From Collinsella aerofaciens (GTDB lineage: Bacteria; Actinomycetota; Coriobacteriia; Coriobacteriales; Coriobacteriaceae), in the NCBI GenBank assembly GCA_048227095.1, contig DBFAHJ010000085.1:1-56682 (forward strand): a DNA stretch of 56,682 nucleotides, read 5' to 3'. Under the pieces are notes generated by a model. The model had not been told where the DNA came from, did no database searches, and worked only from the letters and a program-made list of their open reading frames with translations. This document shows positions 38,912-47,721 of the stretch, one piece after another (the stretch's first letter is position 1; each line of letters starts with the position of its first letter). A program made the translations under genes and the position numbers.

Positions 38912-40088
38912 ACGTCGCCCCCAATTTCCCGATAACTGCATCGGCGCCCGACGTGCGGAAAAGCTCGCGGCGCTCGGCGTCGAACACGACCGCGGCGATG
39001 TCGCATGCGCCCGCCGCGCGGCGGCGCAACCTGTCCTCGATTGCCGCAGCGAGCGAGGCGCGCGCAGCGTCCCCCACGCCGGCGGCCTCGATTACCTCGA
39101 GCGCCGCCGTGGTCGTGACCGACGACAGGATCTCACGCACGGTCTTCGCGCCCGCGCCGGCCAAGGCCGCGTGGGCGGCCAGAATCTCCGCGCGGCAGTC
39201 GGCGGTACGCGAATGGGTGTCCATGATGCCGCCCGCGACCTTCACCAACTTGCCGATGTGTCCCACAAGAAGGACATTAGTAAATCCCTCGCGAACGCAG
39301 CAATCAATCGCATCGCCCACAAAGTTGGAGATAAAGACCACCGGCGCACCGTTTAGGTGGAAATGCCCCGAGATGAACTGCCCGCCGTAGTTGCCGGGCG
39401 TGAGCACGACTCCGCGCCGCCCCATAGCCGCATGCTGCCGAATCTCGAGCTCGATGCTGTCGCGCAAAGCAGCGAGGCTGCGCGGCTCGACGATGCCCGT
39501 CGTGCCCAGGATGGAGATGCCGTCCTTTATCCCCAGGTGCGGGTTGAAGGTCTTTTCGGCAAGGGCAACACCCTCGGGTACCGAAATCGTCACAGCAATA
39601 TTTCCAGAAAAGCCGTGCGCGGCGCACACCTCGCGCACCGCCGAAGTGATCATCGCGCACGGCGTCGCGTTGATGGCGGCCGCCCCCACCGGCTGCTCGA
39701 GCCCGGGCAACGTCACGCGCCCCACGCCCACGCCGCCATCGACGGAAACTTCCGATTCGCGCGTGGGCACGCCCTTGCTGCCCGCAGCACCCGTACCCGA
39801 CCCCGCATGTTCCACGCGCGCGTACACGAGCACGCCGTCGGTCACATCGGCATCGTCGCCTGCGTCCTTTCGCACGGCGCACTGGGCGCACCCCTCGCCG
39901 ATGCATGCGTCGACCACGTTCGCTTCGACGGGCAGCCCGCCGGGGGTGACGATCGACACGAGGCCGACGGGCTTTCGTGACAAGAGCATCTCGCAGGCCG
40001 CCTTCGCCGCGAGCGCGGCGCAGCTCCCCGTGGTGTAGCCGCAGCGCAGGCGGGTCGTCCCGGTATATATGTAGTGCTCGAAGGCCAC
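38904..40088 (-). CDS. cbiD: Cobalt-precorrin-5B C1-methyltransferase
   Basis: LRCGYTTGSCAA, KDAGDDADVT, GVGRVTLPGL, KTFNPHLGI..GISILGTTGIVEP, GHIGKLVK; GTG start. Confidence 0.95.
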   Translation of the reverse strand: MAFEHYIYTGTTRLRCGYTTGSCAALAAKAACEMLLSRKPVGLVSIVTPGGLPVEANVVDACIGEGCAQCAVRKDAGDDADVTDGVLVYARVEHAGSGTGAAGSKGVPTRESEVSVDGGVGVGRVTLPGLEQPVGAAAINATPCAMITSAVREVCAAHGFSGNIAVTISVPEGVALAEKTFNPHLGIKDGISILGTTGIVEPRSLAALRDSIELEIRQHAAMGRRGVVLTPGNYGGQFISGHFHLNGAPVVFISNFVGDAIDCCVREGFTNVLLVGHIGKLVKVAGGIMDTHSRTADCRAEILAAHAALAGAGAKTVREILSSVTTTAALEVIEAAGVGDAARASLAAAIEDRLRRRAAGACDIAAVVFDAERRELFRTSGADAVIGKLGATYE

Positions 40089-40089
40089 G

Positions 40090-40881
40090 CTAGCTGCTCG
40101 CCTTCCGATACCCCGTGGCAAAAGAAGGGTCGTAAAGCTTGCTGCGCTCGTACGACTCCGCTTGCGCGCCGTTGTGCGCAAGCCCGCCGCGAGCTCCGAG
40201 CACGCGGCCCACCACCACGAGCGCCGTGCGGTCGATGCCCTCTCGCGCGCCCGCATCGGCGAGCGTGCCCACTGTGCATCGCACCACGCGCTCCTCAGGC
40301 CAGGTCGCCTTGTACACGAGCGCCGCCGGCTCGTCGGAACTGCGGCCCGCGGCCAAAAGCTCGGCGGAAAGCTCGGCGAGCATACCCGAGCTCAGGAAGA
40401 TGACCATGGTCGAGCCGCTTTCCGCCATGGTGCGCATGCCCTCGCCCGCGGGCATGGGGGTGCGTCCGGAAAGCCGCGTGATCACGACCGACTGGCTGAT
40501 TCCCGGCAGCGTGTATTCCTGGCGAAGTGCCGCCGCGGCACCGCAAAAGCTCGACACGCCGGGCACCACCTCGTAGTCCACGCCGCGCGCGTCGAGCGCG
40601 TCCATCTGCTCCTGGATGGCGCCGTACAGGCACGGGTCGCCCGTGTGCAGGCGCACCACGTCCTCGCCCCGCGCATCTGCCGCGCACATCACGTCGAGCA
40701 CTTCCTCCAAGGTCATGTGCGCGCTGTCGTAGACGATGCAGGATTCCTTGCACTCAGCGAGCAGCTCGGGGTTCACAAGGCTTCCCGCCCAAACGACCAC
40801 GTCGGCTGCGCGCAGAAGGCGCGCCCCGCGCAGCGTGATAAGGTCGGCGGCGCCCGAGCCTGCGCCAACGATATGAATCAT
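40090..40881 (-). CDS. cbiF: Cobalt-precorrin-4 C11-methyltransferase (CbiF/CobM)
   Basis: IVGAGSGAADLIT, AGSLVN, RLHTGDP..YGAIQEQ, YKATWPEE, SKLYDPSF. Confidence 0.95.
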   Translation of the reverse strand: MIHIVGAGSGAADLITLRGARLLRAADVVVWAGSLVNPELLAECKESCIVYDSAHMTLEEVLDVMCAADARGEDVVRLHTGDPCLYGAIQEQMDALDARGVDYEVVPGVSSFCGAAAALRQEYTLPGISQSVVITRLSGRTPMPAGEGMRTMAESGSTMVIFLSSGMLAELSAELLAAGRSSDEPAALVYKATWPEERVVRCTVGTLADAGAREGIDRTALVVVGRVLGARGGLAHNGAQAESYERSKLYDPSFATGYRKASS

Positions 40882-41012
40882 CCGAGCCTTCCCTTCCCGT
40901 TTCTCATCGCAACCGTTTACGCCGCCATTCGCGCAGCGGGCAAAACACGGCGCCTGCGGCGGCAATCGGCGCAAATACGCAGGCAGGAGGCGCAATGCCG
41001 CCCGCCCTGGCT

Positions 41013-41041
41013 TTGACACGTTCACAAGTGCCCACTATCAT
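41013..41041 (+). promoter_or_regulatory. Sigma70-type promoter for the cbiK-transport operon
   Basis: TTGACA-17 nt-TATCAT. Confidence 0.8.
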
Positions 41042-41074
41042 AGTAAAAGATTCGGCAACGAGCATATGACAATC

Positions 41075-41225
41075 GGATAAAAGGAAATGACCGGCGCGGC
41101 GCCCGCACAGCCCGCGCTGGCTTGCGGAGGGAACCAGGTGGGAAACCTGGGCAAGGGACATTACTGTATAGGACGCGCGGGCGAACCGCCTCGCGCCCCA
41201 AGCCAGACTGCTTCGCCTTTTCCTC
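41075..41225 (+). ncRNA. Cobalamin riboswitch (short form), boundaries approximate
   Basis: GGGAA-ccaGGTGggaaaCCtgg-...ACTGTA...AAGCCAG core elements in order, downstream of the promoter and upstream of cbiK. Confidence 0.78.
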
Positions 41226-41339
41226 ACGGCATCGCCGTGGCGTTAGCTCCTTGTGAACCCCGAGGGGTGCGCTTTTCTTTCGCTTGTGCCGACAAGCAAC
41301 TGTCGCCGGGGGACCGGCAAACCGAAGAAAGGAAAAACC

Positions 41340-42266
41340 ATGTCCGACCAGATGTCACGCCGCGGCTTCATGGGCGCCGCAGCAACCGGAGCCGTCGCGC
41401 TCGCCGGAATCGCGCTCGCGGGCTGCTCCAACACCTCCGCGAGTTCCGAGAAATCGAGTGAAAAGGAGAAGGCCGTGAAGCCGGTCATCCTCGTCACGAG
41501 CTTCGGCACGAGCTACAACGACTCGCGCCACATCACCATCGGCGCCATCGAAGACGCTATCCGCGAGAAGTACTGGCAGGACTACGACATCCGCCGCGCC
41601 TTCACCGCCCAGATCATCATCGACAAGCTGAAGAAGCGCGACGGCATCACGATCGACAACATGACCGAGGCGCTCGACCGCTGCGTGGAAGACGGCGTGA
41701 AGGAAATCGTCGTGCAGCCGACGCATCTCATGGGTGGCCTGGAATACACCGACGTGAAAGACGAGCTCGACAAGTACGCCGACAAGTTCGACAAAATCTC
41801 GCTCGGCGACCCGCTGCTCACCTCCGACGACGACTACAAGAAGGTGGCCGCAGCCATTAAGGAGAACATGGCGTCCTTCGACGACGGCAAGACGGCGCTG
41901 TGCCTCATGGGCCACGGCACCGAAGCCGATTCCAACGCCGACTATGCCAAGATGCAGGAAGTGTTTAAGAACGAGGGCTTGACGCAGTTCTTCGTCGGCA
42001 CCGTCGAGGCTGAGCCGACCTGTGAGGATGTTATCGCCGCCGCGAGCGCCGCAGGGTACAAGAAGGCCGTGCTCGCGCCGTTCATGGTGGTCGCGGGCGA
42101 CCACGCGAACAACGACATGGCAGACGAGACCGACCCCGACAGCTGGGCTGCAAAGTTCGTGGCCGCTGGCTTCGAAGTGACGTGCCTGCTCCAGGGTCTG
42201 GGACAGAACGCCGCGGTCGACGACATCTACGTCTCGCACGTGGACGACGCCATCGCCAAGCTGTAA
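41340..42266 (+). CDS. cbiK: CbiK-type cobaltochelatase with twin-arginine signal and lipobox (extracytoplasmic lipoprotein)
   Basis: SRRGFM...LAGC; SFGTSY, RRAFTA, QPTHLM.GLEY, MGHGT, VGTVEAEP, VAGDHANNDMA, GLGQN. Confidence 0.9.
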   Translation: MSDQMSRRGFMGAAATGAVALAGIALAGCSNTSASSEKSSEKEKAVKPVILVTSFGTSYNDSRHITIGAIEDAIREKYWQDYDIRRAFTAQIIIDKLKKRDGITIDNMTEALDRCVEDGVKEIVVQPTHLMGGLEYTDVKDELDKYADKFDKISLGDPLLTSDDDYKKVAAAIKENMASFDDGKTALCLMGHGTEADSNADYAKMQEVFKNEGLTQFFVGTVEAEPTCEDVIAAASAAGYKKAVLAPFMVVAGDHANNDMADETDPDSWAAKFVAAGFEVTCLLQGLGQNAAVDDIYVSHVDDAIAKL

Positions 42267-42301
42267 ACTCGCCGCGCACGGGGGCGCCGGTCGCGTCCCC
42301 G

Positions 42302-42348
42302 TGCAACGGGCATGCGCCTTCCCCGACCGACGGCGCATGCCCGTTGCA
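42302..42348. other. Intercistronic hairpin after cbiK
   Basis: tgcaacgggcatgcgcc / ggcgcatgcccgttgca, 17-bp perfect stem. Confidence 0.7.
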
Positions 42349-42411
42349 TTCGCATCCCGCCCGCCCACCGCACGGCGCGGGCGGTCGAAGCGATTGAAAG
42401 GAACCCCCTCC

Positions 42412-42945
42412 ATGTTGAAGAAAACCCTCGCCTTCGCCCTGTCGGCGGCGCTTTTCGCGTTCTCGCTCGCCGGCTGCGGCGGAAATTCAATCGACAGCGC
42501 AAAGGCAAGCGATGCCGATTCCCAGGAAAAGACCGAACAGGCGGCCGATGCGCCCGAGGGCGCAAGCGCTGCCCCCATCACCGCCGACAAGGTGGCCGAC
42601 GGCACCTATCCGATCACCGTAGATTCCAGCTCGAACATGTTCAGGATTGTGGACGCCCAGCTCATCGTGGAAAACGGCTCCATGCACTGCGTGATGACAC
42701 TTTCCGGCACGGGCTACGGCAAGCTCTTCATGGGCACGAGTGACGAGGCTGCCGCCGCGAGCGAGGCCGACTTCATCCCCTATGTGGAAAACGCGGAAGG
42801 CAAGTACACCTACGACGTGCCCGTTGAAGCGCTCGACGAGGACACCGCCTGCGCCGCGTGGAGTATTAGAAAAGAGCAGTGGTACGACCGCACGCTCGTG
42901 TTCGAATCCGCCGGCGTCGATCTGCGCGCCGACGCACTGAAGTAA
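42412..42945 (+). CDS. Uncharacterised lipoprotein, beta-rich NEAT-like domain
   Basis: Signal peptide with LAGC lipobox; DGTYPITV..SMF..WYDRTLVF; gaaagga RBS; fold call is inference. Confidence 0.75.
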   Translation: MLKKTLAFALSAALFAFSLAGCGGNSIDSAKASDADSQEKTEQAADAPEGASAAPITADKVADGTYPITVDSSSNMFRIVDAQLIVENGSMHCVMTLSGTGYGKLFMGTSDEAAAASEADFIPYVENAEGKYTYDVPVEALDEDTACAAWSIRKEQWYDRTLVFESAGVDLRADALK

Positions 42946-42949
42946 CGCC

Positions 42950-44521
42950 ATGCGGTCGATTCTTCCCAAGGGGGAAAACAGAAAGCGCCACAGAATCGCG
43001 GCGCGCGCGATCGCCTGCGTTCTCGTCGCCCTGCTCGCGCTTCCCTTCGCGGGGTGCAGTGCGAGCCCGAACGCGACCGGTGCCACGACGGGCTCTCAGG
43101 AATACACTGTGAGCGTCTCGCTTTCCGGCGGGTCAGGGCGCGCAAGCATCGCCTCACCAACCACAATTGTGAAGGATGGCGACACCTACACCGCGACCAT
43201 CACCTGGTCGAGTTCGAACTACGACAAGATGACCGTCGACGGCGTGGACTACGCGCCCATAAACGACGGCGGCAACTCCACGTTCGAGATACCCGTCACG
43301 CTCGACGAGGACATCGCCGTGTCGGCCGAGACCGTCGCCATGTCGACGCCGCACACCATCGACTACACGATCCACTTCGACTCATCCACCATGAAGGAGA
43401 AATCGGGCGACGAAGCAAGCGGCGGCTCCCCTGCGGGAACGGCTTCAAGCGCCGCGGCCGACTTCCACAACGCCGATTTGGGCTGCGGCTGGAAGCCGAC
43501 GGGGACGCTTCAGCTTGAATACGCCGAACACTTCACTGTCGACGAGTTCGAAGGCGGCCTGCGGCTTATCTGCATTTCGAACGGGGAGCGCTTCCTCGTG
43601 GTGCCGCAAGATGCGAAGGTACCTGATGGGTTGAGCTCCGACATCGCGGTCATAAGGCGCCCCGCCGACAAGGTGTACCTCGTGTCGTCGGCGACGATGT
43701 GCCTGGTCGACGCGCTCGATGCGAACGACAATATCATCATGTCGGGCACGAAGGCCGACGATTGCTCGGTCGCGGGCTTCAAAAGCGCACTCGAAAGTGG
43801 GGCGATCGCCTACGGCGGCAAGTACAGCGAGCCCGACTACGAGCGAATATCGGCCTCGGGCTGCACGCTCGCCATCGAGAACACCATGATCAACCACACG
43901 CCCGATGTGAAGGAAAAGCTGCAGAAGCTCGGGCTCGTCGTGCTCACCGAACAGTCGTCGAGCGAGCCCGAAGCACTCGGGCGCGTCGAGTGGATTAAGC
44001 TTTTCGGCGTCCTGTTCGACAAGGAAGACGAGGCCGCGCACCTGTTCAACGAGCAGAAGACCCGCGTCGAGCAAACGTCGGGGCTCGCGTCGTCAGGTAA
44101 AACCGTGGCGTATTTCTACATTAACTCGAACGGGGCCGCCGTCACGCGGCGGGCGGGCGACTACGTGGCGCAGATGATCGAGCTTGCAGGCGGCAGCTAC
44201 GCGCTCGATGACGCGCAGACGGCGTCGACGTCAGGTTCATCAGTAACGCTCGAAATGGAGCGCTTCTACGCGACGGCGAAGGATGCCGACATCATCATCT
44301 ACAACGGCACCATCGACGAATCGGTTGCCACCTTGAACGACTTCGTAGGCAAAAACGCGCTATTGTCGCAGTTCAAAGCCGTGAAGAACGGCAACGTCTG
44401 GGTCACAAGCGCCGACATGTACCAGCAGATGACTTCTACCGCCGACATTATCGACGAGCTGCACGGGGCGTTCACCGGCGATGACGCGAGCGACTTCCAT
44501 TATCTGAGAAAGCTCGGCTAG
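42950..44521 (+). CDS. Lipoprotein: NEAT-like N-terminal domain fused to an Fe-siderophore/cobalamin-type ABC substrate-binding domain
   Basis: FAGC lipobox; GGSGRASI..WSSSNYD..MSTPHTIDY; then GKYSEPDYE, E.EALGRVEWIKLFG, FKAVKNGNVW. Confidence 0.82.
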   Translation: MRSILPKGENRKRHRIAARAIACVLVALLALPFAGCSASPNATGATTGSQEYTVSVSLSGGSGRASIASPTTIVKDGDTYTATITWSSSNYDKMTVDGVDYAPINDGGNSTFEIPVTLDEDIAVSAETVAMSTPHTIDYTIHFDSSTMKEKSGDEASGGSPAGTASSAAADFHNADLGCGWKPTGTLQLEYAEHFTVDEFEGGLRLICISNGERFLVVPQDAKVPDGLSSDIAVIRRPADKVYLVSSATMCLVDALDANDNIIMSGTKADDCSVAGFKSALESGAIAYGGKYSEPDYERISASGCTLAIENTMINHTPDVKEKLQKLGLVVLTEQSSSEPEALGRVEWIKLFGVLFDKEDEAAHLFNEQKTRVEQTSGLASSGKTVAYFYINSNGAAVTRRAGDYVAQMIELAGGSYALDDAQTASTSGSSVTLEMERFYATAKDADIIIYNGTIDESVATLNDFVGKNALLSQFKAVKNGNVWVTSADMYQQMTSTADIIDELHGAFTGDDASDFHYLRKLG

Positions 44522-44525
44522 CGCC

Positions 44526-45566
44526 ATGAGAAGCCGGCTTTCCATGGCATACGACGAATCGGGGCGCGCCGCGCGGTGTCGCGTCGTGACGGCGCTGCTC
44601 GCTGTTGCCCTCATCGTGCTCGTCGGGGCCAACCTGTGCATCGGGAGCGTGCTCGTGCCCGCAGACCACATCCCCGGCATCCTTTCGGGCGGCGCGGCCA
44701 ATTCCATGGAAAGCCAAGTCATCTGGGAGATTCGCCTGCCGCGCGTGCTTTCAGCCGTGCTTCTCGGCGGGGCACTTTCGCTCTCCGGGTTCCTGCTGCA
44801 GACGTTTTTCAACAACCCCATCGCCGACCCGTTCATCTTGGGCGTCTCCTCGGGCGCAAAGTTCGTCGTCGCGCTTACGATGATTGTACTTCTGGGCGCG
44901 AACCAGGCCATGTCCTCCCCGGCCATGGTGGCCGCAGCGTTTCTGGGCTCGCTTATCACCATCAGCTTCGTGCTCCTCATCGCACGGCGCATAAGTTCCA
45001 TGGCCATGCTCATCGTGGCAGGCGTCATGGTGGGATACATCTGCTCAGCGGCGACGAACTTCCTCATCGCCTTCGCCGACGACCAGTCCATCGTGAACCT
45101 GCACAACTGGTCTTTGGGTAGCTTCTCGGGTTCGAGCTGGGACGACGTCGCGGTCATCGCGGTCGTGGTGATCACCGTGAGCGCATGCGTATTCGCGATA
45201 TCGAAGCCCCTTTCCGCCTTCCAGCTGGGAGAAGCCTACGCGAAAAGCGTCGGCGTGAACGTCGCACGCTTCCGCGTGGTGCTCGTCCTTCTAGCGAGCA
45301 TGCTCTCCGCCTGCGTGACCGCTTTCGCTGGTCCGGTGTCGTTCGTAGGCATCGCAGTTCCGCATCTCGTGAAGTCGGCGCTGAAGTCGTCGAAGCCCAT
45401 CCGCGTGATTCCTGCGTGCTTCTTGGGAGGCGCCATCTTCTGCGCGGGCTGCGATTTGATCGCGCGCACGCTGTTCTCTCCCGTCGAGCTTTCCATCAGC
45501 GCCGTCACCGCCATCTTCGGCGCGCCGGTGGTTATCGCGCTCATGTTGAAGAAACGAGTGAGGTAG
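44526..45566 (+). CDS. FecCD/BtuC-family ABC permease
   Basis: IRLPRV, LQTFFNNPIADPFILGVSSGA, LGEAYAKSVGV, FVGIAVPH; start may be 44544. Confidence 0.93.
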   Translation: MRSRLSMAYDESGRAARCRVVTALLAVALIVLVGANLCIGSVLVPADHIPGILSGGAANSMESQVIWEIRLPRVLSAVLLGGALSLSGFLLQTFFNNPIADPFILGVSSGAKFVVALTMIVLLGANQAMSSPAMVAAAFLGSLITISFVLLIARRISSMAMLIVAGVMVGYICSAATNFLIAFADDQSIVNLHNWSLGSFSGSSWDDVAVIAVVVITVSACVFAISKPLSAFQLGEAYAKSVGVNVARFRVVLVLLASMLSACVTAFAGPVSFVGIAVPHLVKSALKSSKPIRVIPACFLGGAIFCAGCDLIARTLFSPVELSISAVTAIFGAPVVIALMLKKRVR

Positions 45567-46883
45567 ATGGGGGAATTCATGCCGCGGCCCAAAACGCTCG
45601 GAGGGGGCATTCCATGCTTAGACAGTCCTGAGCTCGCGCGAAAGCGCCAGAAGGCACTTTCGGCTCGTGCGGGACTGCGCGCGGAACGCCTCCTCCGAGC
45701 GGAGTCGAACCTCGAAACCCCGGTCGAAACGCAGGCTGACGGAGCACCGCTTTTCCGCATAAGCGACCTGTCGGCGGGCTACGACAAGAAGGTCGTAGTC
45801 GAAGGCGTCGATCTGGAGGTTCGCGCGGGCGACGTCGTGGCGCTCATCGGGCCGAACGGCTCGGGCAAGTCGACCATCTTGAAAACCATCACACGCCATC
45901 TGGCACCGCTTGCCGGCGCGGTCGAGCTCGACGGGCGGGAGATTTCCCGATGGAAGACGGCGGAGTTCGCAAGGAACCTTGCCGTTATGCTGACAGATCG
46001 CCCCCGGACCGAGCTCCTCACCTGCCGCGATATCGTAGAGGCAGGAAGGCATCCCTACACCGGGCGAATGGGCACACTCTTGCCCGACGACCATAGTCGG
46101 GTCGACGAGGCCATGAAAACCGCACATGTGGAAGAGCTCGCCGAGCGCGACTTCATGCAGATAAGCGACGGGCAACGCCAGCGCGTCATGCTCGCACGCG
46201 CCATCGCGCAGGATCCGCGTGTGCTCGTGCTCGACGAGCCCACATCGTATCTCGATATCCGCTACCAGATCGACCTGCTGCGAATACTTCGCCACCTTGC
46301 GAAATCGCAGAATGTGGCTGTCATCATGTCCATCCACGAACTCGAGCTCGCGCAGAAAAGCGCCGACAAGGTGATTTGCGTGAAGGACGGTCGGGTCTTC
46401 CGCGCCGGCGCACCCGAGGACATATTCACGCGCGAGACGATTGGCGAGCTCTACGGCCTTCAACATGGCACCTTCAACGAGCGCTTCGGCAGCGTGGAAA
46501 TTGGGCGCCCGCACGGCGATGCGCACACGTTCGTCATCGCCGGCGCGGGTACGGGGTCGGCTGTGTTTCGCCAGCTCATCCGGCAGGGCAAGGCGTTCTA
46601 CGCGGGCGTTCTGCACGAAGGGGACATCGACTGTGAGCTCGCGCGCGACCTGGCGGCGGAATGCGTGGCCGAGCGCGCCTTCGAGCCTATCGGGGATAAA
46701 ACCATAGCCCACGCCAAAGAGCTCCTCGTCCACTGTGCGCGCCTTATCGTGTGCCCCGCCGCCTTCGGCACCATAAACGCCCGCAACGCAGAGCTCGTCG
46801 AGTTCGCACGCTCGCATGGTATCGAGGTCATGCGAGCGTGCGAAGGCGCATCGGAGGATTCCCAATTGGAGTGGGAAGGATAA
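45567..46883 (+). CDS. FepC/BtuD-family ABC ATPase with C-terminal extension
   Basis: GPNGSGKST, ISDGQRQRVMLARA, LDEPTSYLD, SIHEL. Confidence 0.92.
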   Translation: MGEFMPRPKTLGGGIPCLDSPELARKRQKALSARAGLRAERLLRAESNLETPVETQADGAPLFRISDLSAGYDKKVVVEGVDLEVRAGDVVALIGPNGSGKSTILKTITRHLAPLAGAVELDGREISRWKTAEFARNLAVMLTDRPRTELLTCRDIVEAGRHPYTGRMGTLLPDDHSRVDEAMKTAHVEELAERDFMQISDGQRQRVMLARAIAQDPRVLVLDEPTSYLDIRYQIDLLRILRHLAKSQNVAVIMSIHELELAQKSADKVICVKDGRVFRAGAPEDIFTRETIGELYGLQHGTFNERFGSVEIGRPHGDAHTFVIAGAGTGSAVFRQLIRQGKAFYAGVLHEGDIDCELARDLAAECVAERAFEPIGDKTIAHAKELLVHCARLIVCPAAFGTINARNAELVEFARSHGIEVMRACEGASEDSQLEWEG

Positions 46884-46907
46884 ACTGGACTTTTTTAAGG
46901 ATCCTCA

Positions 46908-46991
46908 GGCTACAGCTCCTACGCCGGCGAGGTCTCCAAGGCGCCGGAGAACCTCGTGAACAGGAATTTCCACGCCGACGAGCCCAACTAG
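46908..46991 (+). pseudogene. IS3-family transposase (OrfB) fragment
   Basis: Translates GYSSYAGEVSKAPENLVNRNFHADEPN*, the segment that precedes the W.TDITE rve motif in IS3/IS150-type OrfB. Confidence 0.75.
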
Positions 46992-46993
46992 GC

Positions 46994-47605
46994 CTAATCC
47001 AAGCGAGATTCCAGACTCGAAAGGCCGTTGAGCGTGAGGTCGTTGGCAACCTCCGAGACGCGCTCGATAGGAACCGAGCCATCAGACAATGCCCACGTGC
47101 GATAGATACCGATAATACCCGACAGCAAAAACGACAGATAATAGTCGAACATCTCGTCCTTGAGACCTTGAGGCAGCAGATCGCGCTCGGCAATCTCGTG
47201 CTCGAGCGGCGCACGAAGACGAGCCATAAAATCATCGAGCGGAATGTTCTCGATAAGTTGACGATTAAGCACCAAGTTGTTGCACAGTGCCTCGTTAACG
47301 GTTTTAAAGAAGGTCGCCGCCGCGCCAAGAGCGCGCTCGTTGGTGTCGCCGTCCATTGAAGCAAGCGTTTTCTCGACCGAGTCGACAATCATCTCCACCA
47401 CATCGACGGCAATGGCATCGAGCAGGCCGTCAACCGTACCAAAGTGAACGTAAAAGGTCTTGCGGTCGACATTGGCCTCGCGCGCAATAGCACTCACCGT
47501 AATGTCTGCCAGCGGCTTTTCCATGAGCAGGCGCTCGAAAGCCGAAAGGATGGCATTACGGCTGCGAACGATGCGACGATCAAGACGCGGTTTGCTGGTT
47601 GCCAT
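46994..47605 (-). CDS. TetR/AcrR-family transcriptional regulator
   Basis: DRRIVRSR..ITVSAIAREANVDRKTFYVHF helix-turn-helix. Confidence 0.92.
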   Translation of the reverse strand: MATSKPRLDRRIVRSRNAILSAFERLLMEKPLADITVSAIAREANVDRKTFYVHFGTVDGLLDAIAVDVVEMIVDSVEKTLASMDGDTNERALGAAATFFKTVNEALCNNLVLNRQLIENIPLDDFMARLRAPLEHEIAERDLLPQGLKDEMFDYYLSFLLSGIIGIYRTWALSDGSVPIERVSEVANDLTLNGLSSLESRLD

Positions 47606-47721
47606 GGGCGTGTCCCTTCGATATGCGAGCATTCATCAACAGATGAGAGATAATCTACGTAAGAGGATTATCCCCCATACAGCACAAATATGCCTCGCAT
47701 CATGAAGAACGCACGACTGCC

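Larger units (their letters stand above)
24903..46993. mobile_element. Putative horizontally acquired cobamide biosynthesis/uptake island
   Basis: Transposase scraps at both ends, visibly higher GC and GCG/CGC content than the flanks, single functional theme; boundaries approximate. Confidence 0.7.

Noticed and set aside
46751..47388. ORFs 46751-47359 (+) and 46828-47388 (-) across the right junction
   Set aside because: They overlap TetR and the ATPase in other frames and have no recognisable domain.
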